NCBI RefSeq assembly: GCF_009914755.1
Contig: NC_060934.1
Source of the DNA: the human T2T-CHM13v2.0 reference genome, Homo sapiens
Strand: one strand, 5' to 3'
Length of the DNA stretch: 64,000 bases
Part shown: positions 49,789-64,000 of the stretch, in pieces
Position numbering within the stretch: the first letter of the stretch is position 1
Layout: every line of letters starts with the position of its first letter
Position numbers and translations under genes: made by a program
Notes under the pieces: model-generated
What the model was told of the DNA's origin: nothing
What the model saw: only the letters and a program-made list of their open reading frames with translations
The model's database searches: none

Positions 49789-50057
49789 GTGGCTCCGCAG
49801 AGAGCATTCAAAAGAATTGATGAACTTGAATGGGAATAAATGACACCTTAATTTTCATGAACCTCCAACTGAAATTGAGTGTTTTCTTCCGTTATGAATG
49901 TAAATGTCAAACCACAGCAGTGTCAACAGTACCTGTGACTTTGTCACCCTAGAAATCAGATCTTCTCATATCATTTTATGGTTGTTGTGGGTATCTTGAA
50001 ATATGATTTAAGCTCATCTGCACTTAAAAAGTAAGATGATTATTAGATTCCTCCTAG

Positions 50058-50387
<330 letters not shown>

Positions 50388-50479
50388 TAGCCAGGATGGT
50401 CTCAATCTCCTGACCTCGTGATCCACCCACCTCGGCCTCTCAAAGTGCTGGGATTACAGGCGTGAGCCACTGCACCCGG

Positions 50480-52700
50480 CTATGTTAGATGTATTTTAAG
50501 ACAGCATTCTGAGAAGGGGGTCTGTAGGCTGGCCAGATGGCCAAAAGGGCCCCTGATCAAAGCAAAGATCTTCGGAAGGTAAAGAACATTCAGAGGAGGC
50601 TCCTTGTCCCCAGAGAAGGCAGAGTGGTATGTAGTGGACACAGTAACTCCCTCTCTCTTCCTGTGTGGCCTGCAGGCAAAGGTCACACCGCTCACGGTCA
50701 GGGCTGTCTCACTTCCGTTTGGGGTGAGAGCACCCCCTCACTTACTCGTTTCTCATTTTTTGGCAGAAGTGCCCCTTGGCCTCCCATGGCAGCCCTGGGG
50801 GAGGGCAATAGGGCTTTTTTCCAGCCTTGTTAACCCAAGGGGGAGGGGGCAACCCAAACAGTGAGGGAATGAGAAGAGCTTGGACTGGAGGAGAGCAGTT
50901 GTTCCTTGAGCCTCGACAGGTAGATGCTGACCGCCAGCTCCTTGCTGCCCCTCACAATTCCTTCCTGCCCTGATTGCTAGTGTTCCCGCCAGAGGAGGGA
51001 CCTGGGAGACCCACTGATGCCTGCTGGCGCTCCTTTAGAGCCCTTCTGCAGCTCGGCAGACGCTTGGCCCCTGTGATCCAAGCCTGCCCCAGGCACAGTC
51101 CCCCACCCTCAGGGAGCTCACAGTCTGGCCAGGGGATCTGAGCCAAGAACTCAGAGTAGGAAGAGGTTTGCAGCTGGGGCCTGGTACAGGTGTGTAGAGC
51201 AAACCAGAAACAAATGGGTTAACTTCAGATGATGTTTCTACTCTCTCACACCCACCCTGGGTTGTCTGGTGCGTGGCTGAGCTGAGTCTTAAAGGCTAGA
51301 TAGAGTCTTAGCTGCCCAACTCACAGCAGTACCCTTTGGATCCACCTGCCCCTGTGGGTGGGCACACATGCTGTGTGGGGCGTGCACAACAGTGACCAGT
51401 TGGCGAGAGGTGGTGGTGTCACCACAGGGGAACTTGACCTCCTGGCCCAGCAGCCTAAAACAGAGGTTGATTAAAGCAAAAAGAATCATAGTTGTGGATG
51501 GCTGGAGACCTGGGTGTCTGAGGAGATGTCTGAGGTGCGAGTGAGAGGTGCCTGAAGTAAACGACAGACCCAGGAAGTGTCTGCCGTGCTGCTCGGAGCC
51601 ACGGAACAGGGCCCTTAGACTGGATCTTTTTTCCCTTGGAGTCCGGGAACTCTTTCAGCCCTCTGGCGAAAGCTGCAGAACCATCTCCTCAGGAAAATAC
51701 ACATGTATCATCCAAATTCTGTACCCCATTGTAGAGGTTCTCTTCCCCATGTTTGGAGGAGGAAGAGGCAAAGTTAGAGAGGTGGATGAATTTCCCACGA
51801 TCGACGGCTCGGCAGCAGGGGGGCAGCAGAGCCAGGACCTCAGGTCCCTGGCAGGTTTAGTGTGCCACGCTTTCCCTTCCCCTTATTGTCTCCCTGGAGA
51901 GGAGGAAGTGGGCTGGGGCCGGCGGGAGCCCACATGCACTTCCAGTTCCACACCATGCTGGGGGAAACTAACTGGTAGATAAATAAACACGGGACAGCGC
52001 AGGTACAAAAGGCGGCAGAGGCCTTGGGTCCACCCCAGTTCTCACCCTCTCCCTGACTTCTTGATTCCAGTGCAAAAGATCAGCAGCTCTTCTCCCTGAG
52101 GCCTAACCTGTGACTTCCTCCTCCTGGGGAAGGTAGAAAGACTTGTCTTCTGGCCTGTTCTCTAAGACCTCCCTTTTCAAGCAATGGAAGCATTCAGAAC
52201 TTTAACAAGAACCAACCACAGTGACCCCACAGTGTCTGTCCTCGCTGAAATCTGAAAGCAAAGTGGTCAGAGTCGTTTGTGCCCAGGCTTCCTGGAAGTG
52301 GTGTCTTCTCAGCACGAGTCGAGCAGCCCAGGACAGACTCTTCTCCCTGACTCCTCTTGGCTTTAGAGGAGAGACTGCTGGTGACAAAAGGAACCTACTG
52401 GAAATAAGTGGAGGATCACCCACAGTCTCCCAGCTGCCTCCACCTACAGATAAGGAGGAAAGGGTGGGGAATGTGCTTCTAGTGAGCTGAATCCCAGCCT
52501 GGACTCAGGGCTGATCCCCATCCCCAAAGGGCTCAGAAGTGATTCAGGCTGCAGGCATCCCAAGTTGAGGTTCAAGAGAGTTATGCCCAGGAGCCCTGGA
52601 TTTTCTGAGTTGGTATTCATTTCATATATGTGGTTACCCTTTTGTTGTTGGGTCTTGGTTACTGATTTGAAAAAATTTGTCATTATTAAGGGTCTAGGGC
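50480..52700. promoter_or_regulatory. Candidate haematopoietic enhancer (repeat-poor, GC-richer island)
   Basis: ETS/PU.1, STAT, RUNX and GATA motif cluster; see findings. Motif-level evidence only. Confidence 0.45.
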
Positions 52701-53025
52701 ACAGTCCTGGGGTGCCTGGTATGGGCAGGAGTTAGTGGTTTCCTTGCGAGTATATGGCTTTGAGAGTTCTGTCCCCAGCCTTCCCTGTTGCGGCTACACT
52801 GGTTTCTGTTAATATCACTTCACTGTGGACTTCACTATCATTCTTCTCTGTTTTCTGTTTTCCTTCTTGCCCAACTTTAGCAACCACCAAAGGGATGCCA
52901 ACTCCTCGTACCTGCCTCCAATTTTTATTTCATGGTCAAATTTTACTAATTTGGAGCAAACACACGGACCAAATAGTGAAGAGTTTGTTCTTTTAAGTTT
53001 TCTTAAGTCATTAAGAGATACTCCC

Positions 53026-55951
<2,926 letters not shown>

Positions 55952-56705
55952 TAAAGCCAACCCAGGAAATTTCTTAGGAACAGAGGTCAACTTGACGGTT
56001 GCAGTATTTCTCGGACTTGCGGCTGATGACAAGGCACAGCAGCCTGGGAATTACACAATCTCCGCTCTTACGCATTTCTTAATCATTCACTGGATACAGT
56101 TGCATGAATACTTTCTGTTCCTGTTCGAGTTTAGTAAAAATAGCAAAATAGAAGCGTCTATGGGGTTAGGAGAGGAAAAACACTCTAGCAGCAAATTCTG
56201 TTCCATTCGACCCAACGTACACGATAGTGATCAGAGGACGTCTCTGGAGAGCGTGTTTTCCTTTTGACCTTGTGTACTTCCTGTACTTCGCTGCCTCTGT
56301 GAGCGTGCTGCTCAGGCAGGGCTCTGGGTCCTCAGCAGCACCGAGGCAGCAGAAACACCAGGTATCCGGTGCCCACCACACCAGCAACTTCTGCAGGTCA
56401 CTGCTGATCCCCACCAGGTCTGACGGGCGGCTGCTCCTCCTGCATTTCACAGATGATTGAAGGAGGCTCCCCAAGGAAGCTGTCCTGGTCAGGTGGTTAC
56501 AGGTGGCAGAGCAGGTGTGATAGCCCCAGGGCTGTCTGGCTCCAGAGCCTGTCCTTTCTCAACCCTACCACCCTACTTTACGACTTTACCTCCACTTGTT
56601 TTTCTTGCCAAAAACTTTTAGCACTACAGGAGAAAGAAGGCCTAGCTTCAGGGCGCTCACAGTCTAGTGAAGGAGAAAAGATGAATATTTAAAAAGCATT
56701 TTCTT

Positions 56706-56753
56706 CTCTGTGCAATGAGGAGCCTGGCACTCTGTGCAATGAGGAGCCTGGCA
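56706..56753. repeat. Perfect 24-bp tandem duplication CTCTGTGCAATGAGGAGCCTGGCA x2
   Basis: Directly visible. Confidence 0.95.
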
Positions 56754-57559
56754 TTCAATTAGAATTAGGGATTCTAACTGAAGCATCAAACCAGATTAGC
56801 TCAATGCAGGATGTTGGAACAGAGCACTGTGGGAATTCTGCTTACTGTCAGAGTTTGTATATGGGTAGCCAGGCATGGGGAGGAGGTGGGAAACAGTGAA
56901 AGCTGGAGGGACCAGGATTCATACCCCAGAGTGATGGATAAGGTGTAGACAGTATAACAGCAACCTCGATAGCTTGTATTGATTTTGGACTTGCCAAAGC
57001 CAGGTTTGAAGTGCTTTCTAGGTTTTGATGCTTTGAATCCACCCTGTAAACCTTAAAGTAGGTACTATTACTCTGTCCATTTCCACGTGAATAGTGGAGA
57101 CATAGGGAGGTTAGGGAAATTGTCCAGGCCCCCCAGCTAGTAAGTGGCCAGTACTCGAACATAGGCGGGCTGACTCCAAGCCCAAGTTCTTGATCACTGT
57201 ACAAAGTAGAGGATAAGTTGGCAAATACTCTAATAGATTTTGCCATTATGCTTGTCAAATTTGTAATTATTTGCCTACTGTCTGTTTTCTCCTCTAACCT
57301 ATGTCTCCAAGAGGGCAGGAACTATGTCTGTCTGGCTCTCAGAGGTAATTTCAGCACCTAGACTAGTGACTGGCACATAGAAGGGTCTCAAAAGTTTCGA
57401 AGAATGGATGAAATGCATTGAGGGAAACAGAGGATTCCTTTCCACGAGCAGTCCCCACCCTCTGAGTCCGCCATTCAAGAGCTGACGAATATGAGCAAAC
57501 TCACTTCTCTCCCTCCCTTGTCATCAGCAAAATGGGGTTGATAACAGAAGTGAAGCTCC

Positions 57560-58080
57560 AGAAAATGGTCTGGAAGTTCCTAAAAAGTTAAAAAATAGAG
57601 TCACCATAGGACTCAGCAATTCCACTCCTGGGTGTTTACCCAGGAGAATTGAGAATACAGTTATGTCCACACAAAAACTTATGCAAGGATGTTCATAGCA
57701 GCATTATCCGTGATAGCCAAAAAGTGGAAACAACTCAAATGCCCATCCACAGGTGAGTGCATAAACAAAACCAAGGAGATCCATGCAAGCACATATTTGG
57801 TCACAAAAAGAGCGAAGTGCTGAGACATGCAACAATATGAGTAAACCTCAAAAACATTATGCTAAGTAAAGAAGCTGGTCACAAAAGGCCACAAAATGTA
57901 TGGTTCCATTTACATGAAATGCTCAGAACAGACATGTCCATGGAGGCAAAAAGTAGATTCGTGGTGGACAGGAGCTGGGTGGGGGGAGGAATGGGGAATG
58001 AAGAGTATCTTTTTGGAGTGATGAGAATGTTCTGGAATTAGATAGTGATGATGGTTATGAATATACTAAAAACCACTTAG
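57560..58080 (+). mobile_element. Old L1 (L1MB-like) 3' fragment
   Basis: CAGCAATTCCACTCCTGGGT..GTTCATAGCAGCATTA..AAGTGGAAACAAC..ATGTTCTGGAATTAGATAGTGATGATGG L1M 3'UTR signature. Confidence 0.82.
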
Positions 58081-58788
58081 TTGGAGACAGAACTGGGTTC
58101 AATCCTGGCTGCCCCCCGGCTTGGTGTATGAGCTGGGGCAAGTTACTCCATTTTGGGATCCTCAGTTTCCTTATCTGTAGGAAGAGACCCTGATCCATTT
58201 TGATCCTCATCACCCTATTCACTCCTTCTCCTATGTCCTTGGTGACAAGCCTGGGAGGAAAGAATGTCCTCTGTTGCACTGGATTGCCCTGAGGGCAGTG
58301 GATGCCCCTGACTGCTCTGGATTAGACAGGGCACTTTTCCTTTATGTTGCAGCCGCCTACCTTGCAGACCTAATTCAAGGGGTATGAGGCTTATCCTGGA
58401 ATATTGTCTATTTTGTCCCCAAAATTCCTCAAGCGATTCCAGCATGCACCCAAGTTTGTGAACCACTAACTTCAGCTAACATGCACCAGAATCACAGGAA
58501 GGCATTTGTTAAAACACCAATCATTGGTTCCACCTCCAGAGTTTCTGGCTCTGCACACTTGGGCAGGGTGGAGCCTGGACATCTGCATTTCTAACAAGTT
58601 CCCAGGTGACACTTATGATGCTGTTCTGGCCCACAGTGAGCCCAAACTACAGCCATGGAGATCAGCCTCAGCTAGACAATAGACTCACCTGGACAGTAGA
58701 CTCACCTGGGAGCTCTTGCAAACACACAGGCTGCACCAATTAAATCAGAATCTTTGAGGCAAGTCCAGGCCTCAGGACTTCCCCCTCA

Positions 58789-59184
<396 letters not shown>

Positions 59185-60289
59185 CTAGATTCTATCTTGG
59201 ACATGTGACTATGCTTTGTCACACATCAATCCCAACACTCATTCCTCTAACATCAGGATTTCTTAAAGCCTCAATTCCCCAATATTCAGCCACGTTTGAG
59301 AACCAAGAGCTAGAGTTTCTGGGCTCCTGCTCTGTAAAGCTCTTTCTGGCTATGATCTGGGGTTCTCTGTGATGCCCTCCCCATCCCTAAGGGTTTGTTG
59401 AACAAGAATACATGCATTTATTGAGCACCTACTGAGTACCATTGAGGCTCCCCTTTCCTTGAGCTGACTCTAGTGGTAGATTTCTTCTTCCGAAATGTTT
59501 TAAAGCCAGGAAAATTCAGACTAAGGAGCCCCGTGTACTCAGTGTGAGGTCCTCTACTGGTGGGGAGGGTCTTGCTGTGCCACCACCACCAAGACCTGAC
59601 GATCTGGAGGTGACTTGTCCCAGACCTCCTATCTAACAAAAGACTGGGAAGAAATGAAGCTTCTGGAGAGGGATCCCTATTCGCTCATTCCAGGGTACTC
59701 TCCAAGCTGTCATTGTGGGTTCTGTATCCTGCCCTCAGAGCTCAAGGCTTTATAGGGTCAAGCAAACTGCTCTTCGGAGTACAGTGTGATTCTATGTGAT
59801 AAATGCTCTGCCAAATCAACCAAGGTTTGCAAAGCACTGGACGTACACTTTGGAGGGGAAAATAATACAGGGCTCTGCTGTGTGGAAGCTTCCAGAAGAG
59901 CGAACCTGACCAAGAACCATCCCTCCCTCCCCACACCATGGGTGTACAGCTGGCCCTCTGGGGCCTTGGAGTATAGAGGAAGAGGGAGAACCCACAGACA
60001 TGCATAAGCTTGCTCTAGGCTGCCCGGGTTTCCAGCTGGGCACCTTTGGTTTTTCTTCCACTTCAGCTTCTGGCAGCTGGGGTTGGGGTAAGGGACCAGA
60101 GAGCTGCATTTATGTAGGAGACAGTCTTGGTGGGGTGGAGTAAATGAATGTGTGCTCTTGTTTTTGTTTCTAGGGAAACAATGGAAAAGTTGCTAAATGT
60201 GGAAACCCAAGCTGTGGGTCTCTTTCTGGGGTTTCTTTCTCATCCTCTGTGTGGAGTGGCAAGTGGAGAGGAGAAAGTTTCAGAGGGAA

Positions 60290-60630
60290 GCCAACCCACG
60301 CAGTAATTCCCCCAGGGACACAGGCTGAACTTGCAATCCCAGCGGGCAGGAGGCGGGTTCGGGATTTCCTGGCTGGTCAGTAGGGTTAGAGGGTTCATTC
60401 TGAAATAAAGGGGGTTTTCCCTCCATCACCAATGAGATCAGAAGAGCTACCGTTTGGAAATACAACCCTGTGTGGAGGTAGTTTCAGCTCTGCTGGTGAC
60501 TAAAGCTTGGGAGTGGGGACTTCCTCAAACACTTTTCTTCAGTCACTTTGAAAATGTCTAACTCTTCTGGCTCCCTCAGACTGGAGTCTGTTTTGCTGGG
60601 GCTTTTAGTGTGACTCATTTTGTATGTCTT
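60290..60630. promoter_or_regulatory. Candidate NF-kB/AP-1/ETS inducible enhancer
   Basis: Three kB-type decamers, a PU.1 core and TGACTCA within ~260 bp. Motif-level evidence only. Confidence 0.45.
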
Positions 60631-61065
60631 CCAAGGTGTCTTCACATTTAACAAAAATGGTTTGCTGGTTTCTTGTGTCTTTAAGGCCCAAGGACCTTAA
60701 GCTCTGTGAGGACCATGGCTGCCTGGTGACTCGCTGGGCCTCCAGTGACCTCAGCACAGGACCTGGACAGACTGTGTTCTCCACATACATGGCTTGTTCC
60801 ACAAACACTGCAGTTTTCCACAACACCAACCAACCCACCAAACAAACAACCCAAATCACGCCAGTCCTGTAATGGGGAATGGTTTTGTCATTTTAGCACA
60901 TGAACCAGAATGGCAGGAGCCAGGAGAGAAAAGCATGTAGCTCTTCCAAAAAAGCTAATAAGGAAGATTAGGCAGGAAGATACAAAAATATAAATGGTAG
61001 AAAAATACAATCTGGTAAGCATGTTGTGATTGCTACTACTCTAAAACATGATGTAGTTAAAAACT

Positions 61066-63570
<2,505 letters not shown>

Positions 63571-64000
63571 TGATATTCTCTTTCAATTTTCCCAACAACC
63601 ATGTGAGGTAGAAATATCCCTACTTTATAGGAACAAAAATGGAGGCTCAGAGATAAGCCACTTGCCCAGTGTCATGCGGCTAAACATAGTTATGCTGATT
63701 AACAGCTAGTACCATTGAGTGCTGCGGGCCAAGGCACTACAAAGGATTCCTGTTTCAACTCACTTGATCCTCATTACATGCTTGTGGAACCCCCTTTTAA
63801 CAGATGTGGAAACTGGAGTACAGGGAGGTTAAACAGGCTCTCCGAGGCATTCAGCTGGCAGACGTCAGATGTCAGCCTGCTCTTCGCCGCCCTGCTGCAT
63901 GCAGTGTTGGAGCCATCTGTGTATGAGCCACAAAAATGTGCCGAGAGCCTGCTGTGTGCCAGGCGCATACAGTTACCCTGGAGATCCGACAGCCCTGGCC

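Overview
Human-type (primate) genomic DNA, recognisable as the 3' part of the KIFBP (KIF1BP/KIAA1279, kinesin family binding protein) locus, chr10q22.1 from memory. Five coding exons of KIFBP (exons 3-7 of the standard model) lie on the + strand at 485-11855 with canonical GT-AG junctions and consistent phases. A 3'UTR ends at a tandem AATAAA (12388-12398). About 6 kb downstream is a full-length, inactivated processed pseudogene of ACTB (18107-20341) with poly(A) tail and target-site duplication (TSD). The remaining ~44 kb is intergenic and very Alu-rich (roughly 75-80 Alu copies or fragments in the window by eye, several nested). It also holds solo LTRs (ERV1, ERVL, MaLR), a young 5'-truncated L1, old L1/L2/MIR/hAT fossils and repeat-poor islands with haematopoietic/inflammatory TF motif clusters; from memory the next gene beyond the window is SRGN. 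Almost all ORFs in the supplied track are Alu-derived or chance ORFs. I found no convincing new protein-coding system. The best leads are: (1) an Alu-flanked, in-frame, stop-free 465-nt exon 3-6 block that could form an endlessly translatable circRNA; (2) three copies of one target site shared by an Alu and the ACTB retrocopy; (3) a duplication-plus-inversion hairpin with three let-7-type sites just past the KIFBP poly(A) site; (4) candidate NF-kB/ETS/STAT enhancers. Repeat family names come from recognition of consensus sequences from memory, not from a database search, and repeat boundaries without a stated TSD are approximate.
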